Source: Monocercomonoides exilis PA203 (taxonomy: Eukaryota; Protista; Preaxostyla). From it: DNA of 64,000 nucleotides. Location of the stretch: the NCBI GenBank assembly GCA_001643675.2, contig LSRY02000058.1, positions 248,001 through 312,000 of the forward strand. The letters run 5' to 3'. Under the pieces are notes generated by a model, which was not told the DNA's origin, searched no databases, and saw only the letters and a program-made list of their open reading frames with translations. Positions 15,001 to 23,300 of the stretch are shown here, piece after piece; position 1 is the first letter of the stretch, and each line of letters starts with the position of its first letter. The translations under genes were made by a program, and so were the position numbers.

Positions 15001-18000
15001 CTCCTGCTGCACTTGTGACAGACTCCATCACCACTCAAACAACTGTCATCCATTCATCCTCAAAGCTTGCATTGTCTCCTTCTCTTGTTGGTCAGCCTAT
15101 CCCATCTGATGCTGTGTCAATGACTGTGGGTGTATCTGTATCGATGGCTGTAGATGGGATGAATGCAAGTGATAGTAATAGAACCAACGTCATCAATGGC
15201 ATAAATAGCAATCGTGTGGGAAATGTGCATGTTGATCATCTGATGCCTCTGGAATGTCAGCCACTTACCCCTCCTTTGGCAATACAGCCACTGACTCCTC
15301 CAACATCAGTCCAGCCAACCTCTTTGACTGATTTTGCTGATCTTCCAGTGATGAATACATCTCATGCTTCTTTTCTAACTGCTGAAGATGCCTCAACTGC
15401 CTCATCATCTGCAACTTCTTTGAATTCACTGAAGCATAAATCTATTGTTCATCAATGCGTCCAGCCCCATCTGGTTGATCCTGATGCTCTGCCTTCCTTT
15501 GCACCGCTGGTGTTGACTCCGCATTCTTCTTCCATTTCTGAAAAGTCAGCAGATTCAGATACAAACAGCAGGTCTAACAGCAATGTGCATTCACCACCAA
15601 ACTCTTTTGTGGATTCAACCTCAAATGTTCCATTGATAAGACGCTCCTCTTCTTTGTCTTCCATCCCTTTGGCATCAACTGTTAAGAGTTCAGATGATTC
15701 TTCATCTTTTTCACCCTCATCATCATCTTCTTCTTCCGTATCTGCTTCAAATACTCATGATAATGATGATTCTGGTGCTTCAATTACTATTGTCCAGCCA
15801 CATTCTTCTCCTGATTCTTCTCCTTATTCTTCTCCCTTCCCTTCTTCTCTGTCACCCACAGTTTCTGATTCTCCGCTCAGCATTTCCATTCCTGTGACAT
15901 CTCCTTCGCTTATTCCTGCAATCATCCCAACACTCCAGCAATCGCCTCTTTCAACAGTTGTTATTGTGAATGGGGATGACGATATATCAGTTGAATTTTC
16001 ATCATCATCTTCTTCATCTTCTTCTGTCCCATCTTCTTCATCTTCATCCTTGTCTAATTCATCAACTTCGACTTCTGGTACTGCTTCCACAACTGTTCTG
16101 TTATCTTCTTCGCAGACAAAAAATAACCAGAATTCTTCTTCTACTCAAATACCTCCACAACTCGTTTCATCTGCCTCTGTCTCTACACATTCTGTCACTT
16201 CCACTGTGACATTCGCTCTTTCTCCTTCTTCTTCTTCTTCTTCTTTGCCTGTTACCCATTCTCCCTCTGTTGTCAGTTCTGATAACTCAGCTGCTGTGCT
16301 CACCTTTTCCCCTCAGTCTCCTGCTGCCTGCTCTCCCTTAGCTTCCATCCCGTTGGACATTCCACCAACCATCTCTTTCCAATTAGAACCTGCTTTGCCT
16401 CATATTTCTGCTGTTTCTACGCCACTTGGTGCAGACAATGTGCCAGAGGCTCAGAGATTTGTGGCTGATACACAGTTTCAGCCTCTAGCTTCTGATATGA
16501 ATGCTTCGCCAAATTCTTCTTCTGCTGCTGCTTCTTCTTCTTCTTCTGTTTCATCAATTCCGTTGTCAAATGATCATTCTGTTTCAGAGCTCACACAAGT
16601 CATAACTCCAAAAAGTGGACCATTATTAGCATCATCACAAACAATGGCTACAGCAACAGCAACCACTACAGCCACTAATACTACTCCTGTTTCTTCTAAT
16701 AGTAATACAATAACATCTACCTCAACAGTCACAACAACCAAAGTGACATCAGTTGCACTCCCTCATTCTGTCTCTCCAACTCCCACTGCCCAGATAATAT
16801 CATTGACACAGACAAGCACTGTAACCTCATCGTCTGTCATAACAGTTCCTGTACTTACTGTTCATTCTCCTTCTCCTTCCTCTCCTTCTTCATCTTCGTA
16901 TCCCTCTGATATGCTTCCTCCTCCTCTATATCATTCAGACCCTTCTCTTGTGCCTGATGCCATTCCACCTGATCTCTCGACGTCTTCTGAGAAGAATGCT
17001 CTTTCACCACTTGAACAGACTGTGGTGGTTGGCTCGCCTTTGGCAGTGAATTTGCATTCACCCAATTTGAAGCCTGTGGAAATGGTTGTTTCAGATCAAG
17101 CACAAAAGAATGAAAGCATAGAGACAAGTTGTGAATTTGTTGCTTCTTCCAATCTTGTAAATCCTCCTTCTAATAAAACAAAAGGATTATCTCCTTCTTC
17201 CTCTTCCTCTTCCTCTTCCACTTCCTCCTCCTCCTCCTCTGTATCTTCTGTTAAAACAATCAAAGCAACAATTCCTTTGGCCCCTTCATTTCGGAAAGAG
17301 AATTCATACTCTTCCTTTTTCTCTCTCCATCGGAACGGAAATATAAGCAAGGCTAATATTTCTCCGAACAATCTTCGTTCTGACAATCAGCTTGCCATCC
17401 AAAAATCAAAAAGGCATCACAAACCACATAAATTGGAAGCTCATCTTCAATTACCTTCATTTATGCACATGAAAACTTCCCATTCTTCACCTGCGCTGCC
17501 TCCGGCTCTTCCTCCGCTTTCTTCTTCTTCTTCCATAGAAAAATCACAGATAATGCTTGTTCAGCCAGATAGTGATGATTCAATAATAAAACAAGATCAA
17601 CAGAAGAATCAACAGCAAATTTTGCATTCACCTCTCATTCTTTCTCCACCCCCTGTTCAAACCATTGCATCTCAGCCTCTTTCACTTTCACAAACATTAT
17701 TGCCGAACATGCATTTACCATTGACAGTGAATCGATTGAATGATGGGAAAGAACAAAATGATTACAAAAGCAATTCTTTGAAAGAAGATGGAAGAAGAGA
17801 TTGTGAGGAAGAGGCGTTTCCATCTGATATGCTTTCTCAGCCAGCTGACATTCCAGAAAGCATTTGTGAAAATATTTATGATCCATCGTCCTCTTCATTG
17901 CCATCATCGTCATCATCGTCAAATTCTTCTATTCATTCCAATGTGAATGTTATTTCAACTGTTCCTGTGGAATCTTTTCATATAGCATCAGAGCAAATAT

Positions 18001-18419
18001 CTCATTCATCTGTCATCGCTTCATCTTCGGATGAGATTGGCACGCAAACGATCAGAGCATTCAACGCCATCCCATCCCATTCGCAAAGCACTCACCAAAA
18101 AGGAGAAAGCCAAAGAGTTGAACTTATTCACACACCTGATTCAAGAGTCATCCACGATGCCCTTCTTGACGACGATGTGGTGCTTGTTCCGTCGGAGGTG
18201 CCTTCGCCTTCTCTGCCTGCTGAGCTGCCTCTGTCTCCGCCTGCGTTTGAAGGCAGCAGCGGTTCGGCTTCTGTTTCGCATCGCTCACGTGGCTTGGATG
18301 ACTCAGATGGCTCAGATGGCTCAGATGGCTCAGATGGCTCAGATGGCTCAGATGGCTCAGCTTCTTCGCAGGTTGATGAAGGTGATGATCGGAACAGTCA
18401 TATTTCTTTATCTGAGTGA
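3..18419 (+). CDS. Giant (>6,100 aa) Ser/His/Gln/Asn-rich low-complexity protein, 5'-partial, function unknown
   Basis: One uninterrupted frame of 18.4 kb. The ORF-track start at 78 is a TTG, and the frame is also open from position 3 (RCIRTGSVTSSS...), so the gene probably starts upstream of the window. First in-frame ATG is at 378. Ends TGA at 18419, followed by an abrupt AT-rich 3' region. Confidence 0.85.
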   Translation, partial: RCIRTGSVTSSSSPSSPSSPISSSALGLIPASSSSTATATHVPIVSLISPSSSTSSSSSSSSSSSSSSSSSASFPSSPSLTSVAPLVLSPSTSPPSSFLLSSPHSSSYTSSDRNTHDHSSNTTSSMSSSSSSSSSNFSSSSPSSSSSPPPISSSSSSSSCSSSSSSSNPSLQFPPLKTRLSSSSSSSSSSSSSQQQQQQYIHNHNQNYNQNYNLIHNHHLHLNHPHPLNHHLNHHNHHHQRHLSQQLTHSHPHLQQAVNTGDSISSSSSSSLPSSSLSPPPLSSSSSSSSSPTFIQQKKHKSMQLQPQSTISLESYASRRTLSLGCNEGEDVDDVVHNLSEMTHLKEEGEGERGEGGQGDGKEEEIQEIAYKSTSSNFQNTQSSQFSSNLPSNLPSNLPSNLSSKKKQLFAQRSHSVVHRPRILPLFQLKTQSGDSVTSVTMVPHQQGKTGKMGKKEKKEKKEKKEKNERRGGYQCSPQQYQQYQQQPNQAYNQLTSPSPSSFSSSFSSSSSSSSPSSSHHMIIQRSAPSLVPLEINQKQHEMNSQSYLQSYLQSSPHQKMYSESKLSIDFRQPPTPSEGKEGKEGREGREGERPVPPPPREQEEEEEEEERDGNGLEESKQNKIANKATTNETTKEMNKANEISNANQPSSSSSSVSSQQQNEEEEEEEEEEEENEDIHLNQRDNKSLVSGTSSPRQGRRHTFSCSELDSAFHRSMKNERRPNEENINNNNNNNKKRKDDDDDYGDDDVIDDKVEDTFTRSHSLTTSSSSSSSSSSSSSSSSSSDTPLSNHPSSHPSSLAPSPLSPDISPSVSSSISSSSISSSSLSSSSVTASSSSSPISSDQISLIIPTPSPPSYSFSQSTQFNQLNQINPLNSHSNSSSSSSSSSSSSFSSSSSPSSPYPSPLSPNRTQSLAITPIASHRFLTHTRFSRRRSEIPHLVENSENQNLNSGSRNEGVRDNDEAFVTYGDGGKGNRGGNDTINSSSSSSNFVITPSQHPSSIHINTSLSSFTPTTYSTAPPIHMDYPSSDRSADYNWNRRVNSNSNANVSFSRIEKPSFSVSPSLHPQLSYPGASSLSSSSFSISPSSTHLSPSSVFSSSSSSHLSPSSLHPPHLPFHSTLISNDQNFPSLSPEFYLSVCPNHGVVAVIAVDMANFSLASSTHSYPHHLLPTTLREIFPSLSCLFHKGAGNSSSSSSSSPSSSSSSSSSSSSNNISSLLNITNQSFQSNSSDSSHPSISALFPNATKGNERPSISDLFPHLELTQKKNKEEKERENKKEDENEWYNNMKLEKGNAEDDSSRQKPKMKKEKEKGEEEKQLIYQSEASTASAPQLSDSPPLPLNEQYKHRSSNGSDEMPVIEKPIAEYNSHLQERFEGKNENENGKGNAIKNEGREEREMKNEENKYTKSNNVPFDSQNIQSNESERQDKMNSSTTFPSQSANAINDAFAKPKAVIMPFSSSSPSSSSSITPPITPTKSPTPASFLDVCTDDERLTVVSHGSVTSSYASVYSSSSSSSSSSSTSSSTASSSSSSSSASSSSSSVSAASLMSEHEKPLLVGPSHHTPITNRNIGNTFTSSSSSSSTPSSHSPSHSPSPSPSHSHSPSISIPSNNSPINSLWKPLVLSEEASFASQSIASGKTVTFLSDVSYQSSSNESYANCNGSDNNNNNSNSNNRSNKSYPNDPSPVHIHQHSITSPPSSPSSPAPPSSPSPLEVTKHSQPLQQPHIQFVPSRMSSLLDENEADTDDRLNSMGVTNSREVNDSSNRNRSNNNSNINDSPVSIHILPECTEHDEPQFIPSPVMDEKRIQSPTPSRIQSAHLDNQQVSMELAPFVGDEEGNEVNIEDSYAHQRKGSEQGYNRQGNKQQVHSPESNKMLLLSENSSISPTSEKEYVPIVVVPTLPADSQTSFPSKSVSTTQTSFTQAKRNQKEENTNRELSKSQSLIKTDEMAHSLNQNANNQNSTSNGAEMQTTHRVKFAVEVETYERGRKEGQNGTRSGGSVSPFASLHRHRQHSQTRQKQTNGIVNANTSTNANVNVNENISLPSSDATVASTEVFTPFLPAASSTVHMQQLNDASLSTGKPSNTTQFGELGLSQQSITEPLTRTQPQFAFDSLQSTSNLSQKLSDATIHTPTHSTSPVVGNPVSTPDVEHPQTLPLSLCTDSPVVNAHSSINQPSSSSSSPSVASAPVHMIHSQPSNQLTLPLSSSSLSPSNSTNNSPNHSEHQSQPHSTIQPLSHYSSPFVATATPATNTPIATTPSSPRTVQSPYLLSTASTQREFLIIGPSATPKHRLLLNNSEEKINSNNNRSISGGSGINISSQSFAPLTADSSASSALSLRSPLSSRSELYSPSADSVLSSNSPLPLMNASSSSSSSTPSSTPSSTSSSSSSVILSSPSSSSSSSSSSSLLSVSLSSTTTASTELIDSEQPMPPPLLLSPVDQLRSVDSRQFSSSASLSTPSSPSNKKDDTTHSISSNSSCHSPPLMIGMPVNDGEYPHREIITSSSSSDSTEHHNNANGINNRNNSNIEEKQCIAIGIGNNNSNNNDNSNITEVIDSHNSPSPLSSSAPSSSLASLARRSSSFDSFSSSLHQQNRNNTHSTESITSSSSSSSSSPPSPPSSQNSSPATKSWDADVSPLQSPVGREKSPSSTVTSSSSSASSTNNSSSFESSSLPTSTSSSGSSSSSTSSSSSSSSSPPPFRFLHPLPFEYTTSLHPLFPLIPIIEFPTNIQLNAHRHTHPCCTSCHLKLHIIRAPPGTSLMGMLKKAQKALQQKMADSGEMTEEMMMQMGLMAKSGREGEGEGKFWNNKKKLDAVVEQNSGSEGGEGEESGRRRRAGGEQEEESIHNRSNSYNNNSNNNNRTSMMVPMPLTEQHLPSFNKNMNGTDTKMSESGKVVQPVGFQQEDKGFFNENSINNSSCGNCVFVPQEMELRPARKRKMRMTQNNNNNNNGEGMERHHKRSKTHSSKWKKEGENVLLLSSSSVAETEAVSERSAISTVSSQPMLTSTAISSSLPSSSISSSSSSSSSCSSDITTSDSEHLPISESLSVDKANSVFKVTFTNTNANTSSLNAQQMKQMQQYQQYQQIQQQQQISPPHHHHHSISQISPSNQQHSKKSHRRSVSKISQAEAQISVPLPSSLSGRYLSPDSVVSSSISPAPYVPIQQLTSSASASSLYASCPSSNATFSASMSPSSVHLPHSLRIQNEHMNVDMDVDKDMNAHRSEKEKENEGEVKYGNENENEGEREQEQEQVHQSYSQHFHAHSHTPSYSQSRSQSHSHSTAYPNIYPHSHTHSRNHSHSRSHTHSHTHSHSHSHSHSHSHSHHSSQSSNRTSPYSPMADEFMRRSDIPSTTQPIITSMPFPPFSSSSPSSSSSCTPRSSLISSSPLSLSLFTPNRMPTPNLHISPTIKPLGHSHTFTHPHIHSHTHPHSAKCLQPSSYSVATASNPSSLPSSSSSSSSPSSSCFSHFIPCCLVPTSPTQIPIDSTADFFSSRESVDTKKPSSSSSSSSNSSSNSSSSIENNVSSAKIKKDSASEPVLKPMKSVNCLAQIDEKNEQLELSSDKHTHEKIEGKSIASNTVTNDVASSTTSSSPSPQTNSIPLQQPSSLYPQHFVSSSSSSSSSLSVSDEHDITYSPSASHSTLSPPSSPLTSSSSSSASSASSISNADADSSLITSSQPSTPSPSPSSPSLSSSSPPSSPHNLHHHHHSMKDTVDSSPLLKAIEGTPHSESAASITSNVTSSSSSSSHSHSSVTSSAAASASTSLSSSQSQQPIIILPSQPQQQNSQQHNPQQISTHDATYHSNSLPNENEAQTEQIGTLFPPARLQDFIKTKAEFDAQSKDNHDLQKESIQMNDKDDGLSAVHDEGKPTELFDHLISTEQWKVNNIAQNIQNLSQTNHSSKEGDTQAQTQAQTSSFTNNSTTQSQSQHPSSIVDGTFIQISQPIIRSESSPAISSSQNASPSRQHQISAATASAASSTLPAHPSEGQGNNNNGQLASPITVSNTSSSLTSSSSSSSSSSSFSLSSSTSALPEDIVKLASSISRSSSAGALVSQNHSPNSASNANDFIFRQDSDTNMPQMKEKGKDGNGIMEEGEDKGKTHAVHVVDNVKEQYDNSSSSTSSLIVTTVTSSSSSSSSSLQPRSESYQDVLRAPQPPELYVLPSSSNYPSLEHSDEDESLPSADTFSSAPVAFISRSLPVEPIPLSPVQAVSHNTCQGSPSQAQNDPLSFIQPQSVQSFAPSPTTTPPVSMRQLVVSSSSSSSSSLSPSLHYQQSIVDGSLPTSSSSNSSSSSSPPLLNPQAYPSQPSVQYHHSTSAFPLASDANESRKAQNSIFIVLPQTADNNTVTDRSVKTILTPTGLAPSASTTPLSQSLSQSQSPISSESSAKQTNSVVSVVSVASVASVTSVVSEAASAEYQRDSSQNSAERLAFQPLTIPESLPMDAQRDQVEAITVQSVNVSGNGNGCGSSNGTGGLNASDLDEIASSPFSPVVAPSNPTQTVSSSSSTSSSSASSSSSLPSSSSISVSSTTITTTKMISVSSPDVVMVVPQHSVESVPLSFTPSSSPSLSPTPSPSLSVSSSSPHPMSPPPSLFASSALPHYEDKRDIETTPVKMNERHSIFDSKELSDELTLKIHAPTTRFPGMPCQLDTQISILPSSQSTSDSIQSSSPSSRNAVLYPVREASVPVTPTVKSTRSSSPLSSDLASTPVSSEPNTPSSFREAPLIVVSSVAALQSYGGDSLKSNSLKMDSLKRNSLATNAVSQQGVKTEGVIEHRRKGSKSHSHNEGESDECSNAVRGENVDGERDSDADVGGGGDDDDDDSIHVHSHHNSDGIPLMMYSVSKLNLIPSQSAALDDEKDDESEAERERENGGESSCRSDKEQARSTSPSQMHHSTTNQQRASSVHEYDDAHNDYNNSERTLSPPPQQQEMHSVEFKPQSMQLIPPSHPPSAALHSAHSANKMIAEQTISSSGGSNESNIASFITTTTETRTRTRSVSPVVIGSSAPAALVTDSITTQTTVIHSSSKLALSPSLVGQPIPSDAVSMTVGVSVSMAVDGMNASDSNRTNVINGINSNRVGNVHVDHLMPLECQPLTPPLAIQPLTPPTSVQPTSLTDFADLPVMNTSHASFLTAEDASTASSSATSLNSLKHKSIVHQCVQPHLVDPDALPSFAPLVLTPHSSSISEKSADSDTNSRSNSNVHSPPNSFVDSTSNVPLIRRSSSLSSIPLASTVKSSDDSSSFSPSSSSSSSVSASNTHDNDDSGASITIVQPHSSPDSSPYSSPFPSSLSPTVSDSPLSISIPVTSPSLIPAIIPTLQQSPLSTVVIVNGDDDISVEFSSSSSSSSSVPSSSSSSLSNSSTSTSGTASTTVLLSSSQTKNNQNSSSTQIPPQLVSSASVSTHSVTSTVTFALSPSSSSSSLPVTHSPSVVSSDNSAAVLTFSPQSPAACSPLASIPLDIPPTISFQLEPALPHISAVSTPLGADNVPEAQRFVADTQFQPLASDMNASPNSSSAAASSSSSVSSIPLSNDHSVSELTQVITPKSGPLLASSQTMATATATTTATNTTPVSSNSNTITSTSTVTTTKVTSVALPHSVSPTPTAQIISLTQTSTVTSSSVITVPVLTVHSPSPSSPSSSSYPSDMLPPPLYHSDPSLVPDAIPPDLSTSSEKNALSPLEQTVVVGSPLAVNLHSPNLKPVEMVVSDQAQKNESIETSCEFVASSNLVNPPSNKTKGLSPSSSSSSSSTSSSSSSVSSVKTIKATIPLAPSFRKENSYSSFFSLHRNGNISKANISPNNLRSDNQLAIQKSKRHHKPHKLEAHLQLPSFMHMKTSHSSPALPPALPPLSSSSSIEKSQIMLVQPDSDDSIIKQDQQKNQQQILHSPLILSPPPVQTIASQPLSLSQTLLPNMHLPLTVNRLNDGKEQNDYKSNSLKEDGRRDCEEEAFPSDMLSQPADIPESICENIYDPSSSSLPSSSSSSNSSIHSNVNVISTVPVESFHIASEQISHSSVIASSSDEIGTQTIRAFNAIPSHSQSTHQKGESQRVELIHTPDSRVIHDALLDDDVVLVPSEVPSPSLPAELPLSPPAFEGSSGSASVSHRSRGLDDSDGSDGSDGSDGSDGSDGSASSQVDEGDDRNSHISLSE
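18302..18360 (+). repeat. 9-bp coding tandem repeat (CTCAGATGG) x6.5, encoding (SDG)n
   Basis: Perfect tandem copies visible near the 3' end of the giant ORF. Confidence 0.95.
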
Positions 18420-18861
18420 AGAACTTCTTTTTATTACAATTGTAGATTTCTGATGTTTCTGTGTGCACGTGTGTGCAATATGTTTAAATAAGATTTTACT
18501 TTCTTTCTTTTTAAATTTTGTGTAATATGCTTATAACATTTTAATTATGAATACTTTTCGTTTATTATTTTATTGTTCAGTTGTCTTTCTTGTTTGTTTC
18601 TGTTATTATGCTTTTTTTTTTATCAATTTTTCTTTTTCATTTTTTATGTTTGCTTGAATAAAAAAGAGATTTATTGGATTTCTCGATCCACTGCAAAGAA
18701 GGATGTTTTATCTGTTCTGTGAAAATGGAAAAAGAAAGCAAACGAAAGAAATAAAATTATTCTGAAGTGATTAAACCAGCCACAAGTCTGCAATAAGTGA
18801 AGTGTTTTTGAATAAATTATTTAAAAAAAGAAATGATATCCAAAGAGAAGAATTAGATGTT

Positions 18862-20236
18862 CTATTTGCATTTTGCCACATCGAAGTCTTTCAGCTCGTG
18901 AAGATAGACATGAGGTGCCAACTGAGCAGCTGTTGCATTTGGAGGTCCCTAAAAAAACAAATAATAATAAAGATAAATAAATAAAACAAAACAAAATAAA
19001 ATAAAATAAAATAAAATAAAATAAAATTTGAATATGTCAAAGGAAATTCAACGATGGTGAGAGAGGAATTGGATGGAATATATTATTTATTGAAAGATGA
19101 GTGTCATACAAATTCCCAATCATAGCCTATTGCAAATGCCAGAAAACGTCCATCAGGCGAGAAATTCAGAGAAGTGACAGGAAGAGGATACTTCACATCA
19201 TGTTGAGAGTATCCACAGCGGACTTCAAGATCAACATTCCAAATGGTATATGTTCCATCGCTCCCTGGAGATTACCAAATTTCATGCAAAGCACAGGAAA
19301 TGTATATTGATCGTATTCAAAAAATTAATTTATCCAAAAAAAAATTTTTTTTGTTTAAAAGAAAATAAAATATTATGTAAATTTAAAATAAGTTCAGACC
19401 TCCAGTCGTCAAGACACCGTTGGGGTGATATGACATGTCATTTACTGTATGAATAAGTGTCTGTTTTTGATCAACAACTCTTTGAGTTCTGAATGTCCAT
19501 TCCTTTTTCTTTATTTTTGAATTTGGGAAATTAAATACGTGCACTTTCCCTTCATTAGAACCAACAACAAATCCATCCGCTCGTGTATTCATCTTGCAGC
19601 AGGTGATTGGTGATTCTTTGTAATCAAAGTCTTTTACAGGCTTTGACATATTTCTAACGTCAAACATTCGTGCATGGCGATCCGCTGTTCCTACAAGAAA
19701 ATAAGGATTGCGATAGTCCAGTGCATAAACTCTATCTGGAAGAGGAATTTTCGCAGTTGGAGTAGATGGAGTAGAAGGATTCCAAATGCAAACATTTTTG
19801 TCCCAGGATCCAGTTAAAATAACATTTTGAGATTGTTCAGCACATACACGACGAATTGGTAATTCATGCTTGAAAAAATATATATATAGCAAATAAAAAT
19901 AAAAATAAAATCAACTTGTGAGACTTTATGTTAAAAGCAAACCTGCCCAATTGTCATTGGAGTTTTTGTGGAAAGATCTGTCATTTTAACGATTTTATCT
20001 GCACCAACAGTAATTACATACTGCTGATTTAAAAATGCTGATGAAAAGATTGGCATGTCATGTTTGATTTGAGTCACTGGTTGTCCAATCTGAGTTGAGA
20101 AATCCCAAATGCGAGCTTCTGAAGCCCATGAAGTTGCACATATGCACCTGCTGGATGGATGCCATGAAATAGAAGAAATTGTGTCAGGAGGAGGACTTGG
20201 TAATTCGTGTTTTGTCGCGGGAGTGATGTTAAACAT
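18862..20236 (-). CDS. RAE1: Rae1/Gle2 (Rae1/Bub3 family) WD40 mRNA-export factor, 4 exons, 334 aa
   Basis: Exons 20236-19943, 19868-19400, 19264-19110 and 18948-18862, joined by GT-AG introns with the frame maintained. Family motifs: PPPDTISSISW, TGSWDKNVCIW, LPDRVYALD, GSNEGKV, TGGSDGTYTIW, FAIGYDWEFG. Bub3 is not fully excluded. Confidence 0.85.
18982..19027. repeat. (TAAAA/CAAAA)n pentanucleotide microsatellite in Rae1 intron 3
   Basis: Directly visible. Confidence 0.85.
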
Positions 20237-20386
20237 AAATAATGATCAATGATCCAATATATAACATATTTTTTGAGAAAGATTTTGTTTTAAAATTTTG
20301 TGCACTTTAAAATAAAATAATATCAAAAAACTGGTTGTTGATTTTTTCCGAGACAACCATAATTATTTATATCGATATTTTGTAGA
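20237..20386. promoter_or_regulatory. Probable bidirectional promoter (150 bp) between Rae1 and the receptor gene
   Basis: Divergent ATGs at 20236 and 20387; AT-rich; no specific motif recognised. Confidence 0.45.
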
Positions 20387-23300
20387 ATGATCGTTTTTTG
20401 TTTTTTGTTGTTTTGTTGCTGCAGTTTTGAAAGCAAAGAAAGTTTCAAATTTTCAAGTCATCTTGACACCGAAAAAATGAATATTACTCCTTCATCTGCT
20501 TCCTTTATGGTGTATGCAAATAATTTAATATGTTCAAATTTTTACTCAGAAATGACGAATATCAAACTTCATTCTTATGATTATCATTGTATCAAAAGTT
20601 GTAATTGTGCAAAGCATTCATATCCTTTTGTAACAAGCAAATTTTTATCTTTTAATTCGACAGTTAATTTAAATAAACTTTTTCTTTCTTCTGAAGAAGC
20701 ATCATCTATAATAGCTTACGATATAGCATCGAATGTGAATCTTTGTTTTTGCACTGTTGCATTGATATTTAATGGCAATCCTTTTTTATGTTTAGGAGGA
20801 AAACTTTTCTTGAAGAATTTTTCAATAATAACTACAAATTCGCTATTTGTTTCTTCATCTCTTGTTTTCTGTGAAAAAAACGTTTTTGAGCAAGGTTTAA
20901 CTCCATCAATCTCGGTTATGGATTCTTCATTTCATTCCTTTGCAGCAACTGATTCTTTTATTCCCACTTATTCATTTTATTCCGCAGAAATTTCACATAC
21001 AGAATTTTTCAATGTCACATTCCATCGTTCATTTAATTTTTCATTTAGTAACTTTGCTATTTCATCGTATTGCAGTTTTATATCAAATACAATGAAATTC
21101 TGTGATAATCCGTATGGAGGAGTTGTAATTTCACCTCCAAGTGCTGGTTTCTATTGTTCAAACTCTTCTTTTAACTTGTGTAATGCTTTCTATCAGAACA
21201 AGTCAATATTTTCATCTGGAAATAATTCATTTTACGATGACACGTTCACTTTCTGTTCGGATGATGTTTATGGTGGAGCTCTTTATTTTTCGGAAAGTGC
21301 TTCTGCAAATATATTGCGTTGTAAGTTTCTTGATTGTTCAGCAGAAAAACATGGAGGCGCTGTTTGTTCTATGGACACATCGGGGTTTTTCTTTGCAGAT
21401 GAAAGCTTGGTTCAAAACTGTTCATGCAGTGACGAAGCAGCAGGATGGTTTCTTAGAAACATAAGTGAAATTACGGTATTTCGATGTAATTTTTCGAGTT
21501 GCACCAGTGGATCAAAAGCCTTTATATATCCAAGTGGATTGGAAAGTGGCTATCATGTTTTAACTTCGTGCCTTTTTGAAAAAGGAAATGTTTCTTCCCA
21601 TGCTGGAGTTACACAAATTTGGCATATATCTTCATCTTTAATATTTTCAAATTGCATGTTTCAACATTGTTATTCGAATTATGCTTCTTCTGGAATCGTG
21701 TTTGGCGATTTAAAAGCAGAACATATACCAGTTGTTCAACTTCAATTTTGCTTTTTTCAAAACAACAGTGCAAAAATTTTCAGCGGGCAAGATATTCATA
21801 TATCAACAAGCCAGCAATGGACAGAGTTGATCGACACTAATTTTTCAACTTGCTATTCTCTTACTGTTGGGGCTCGTGCCATACGCTGCAAAAATAGAGG
21901 GCTTTCATATTCTTGTGATGAGTACGAAATACACAATGATTGGCTTAAGGATATTCCACTCGACTATCAAATCAGAGCTCAGTTTGATGCTGGTATCGAC
22001 ACACATTCTTGTGGAAATGCACCACTTTGTCAGACCCTAAAGCATTCAATCACTCGAACTTCGATAAGCACAAACAAAACAATATACGCTCAAGATTGTA
22101 CTTTTCTTGAGGAGCTGATTAATGTTGGCTCATCATCAGTAAGCATAAAAGGTGAATCAAGAAGTGGAACAGCAATTCGTTCCGTGAGTGGAAATATGTC
22201 TGTATTTGCAATTTCATCAGGATCACTTGAACTAAATATGCTGAAGCTGTTGCATATGAACCCTCTGATTGGAAGTGCATCAGAGTTTGTTGAATTGAGT
22301 GGAAACGGTGCTTTAAGTCTGATTGAGTGTAACATTGGAAGCTATGATCCTGAAGAGATTATTTCAAATTCAATGTTCTTATTGAATGGAGGAAACACAC
22401 AAATGAATCAAGTGAATATTGAATCAATAAAATTGTCATCTTCAAGTGTAATCAACCTTGCAAATGCAAAATCGTCATTCTTTTCTTTTTTCAATTGTAA
22501 TGCTTTGCATATCTCAAGGACTCGGGGCAATGGAACTGTTTTTAGCGGAAATATAGCGGAATCTTGTAAAGTGGAGCTTGGGGCTTGTTGCTTTAAAAAT
22601 TGCATATGCTTTGATGGATGCGGAGGTGCATTGTCTGTCACTATTGCTTCTTCCGGGATGTTTTGTTTGAATGGAACAACAGTAACACAATTTATGTTAT
22701 GCTCTGCTTTAAATGAGCATGATCAGAATAAAGGAAGAGGTGGAGGATTAAGCATTTATGTGTGCGATGATGGAGATGGTTTAAATCTGTCAAAATTGGA
22801 ATTTTCGAAATGTAATGCAACAAAAGGAAAGAACATGTTTATAAACGGTTACGACTTATCGCTCATTGTGACAACTGAAAAAATGAAATGTTTGGAAAAT
22901 GAAGAAGGATATGATGAATGGATCGGAGTCGAACGAAATTCGACAAGCGATTCAATTTTTATTCCGCTAATTATTTTTTTGAGAAATTTTTCTTCACCTG
23001 CATATGTATCTATCATTGATGGCTCGGATTTCAGGTTGTGTGGCTTTCTGGATTATCCCTGTTTATCGATCCAGAAAGCAGCGATCAATAGGTATCTTAG
23101 ATCAAAGAGAGAAATCTGTGTTTTTGATTCGCATGTGTGGAATGAGCATTTAACGTTAACTGATTTCGAGTGGAATATTCGTGCATTATCTGAAAAGACA
23201 AAAGCATTTGTCGAAAATTGTGGTGAAGCAATGGAAAGCGAGCAAATTCTTGTTTGCATTTCAACAAACATCGAAAATTATTTGTTTATTCTTCCTCAAG

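Noticed and set aside
5-18468. Dozens of short alternate-frame and antisense ORFs (poly-L, poly-F, poly-E, poly-K)
   Set aside because: These are shadows of the TCT/TCA-rich giant ORF. The same applies within the receptor, LeuRS-like and TPR genes.
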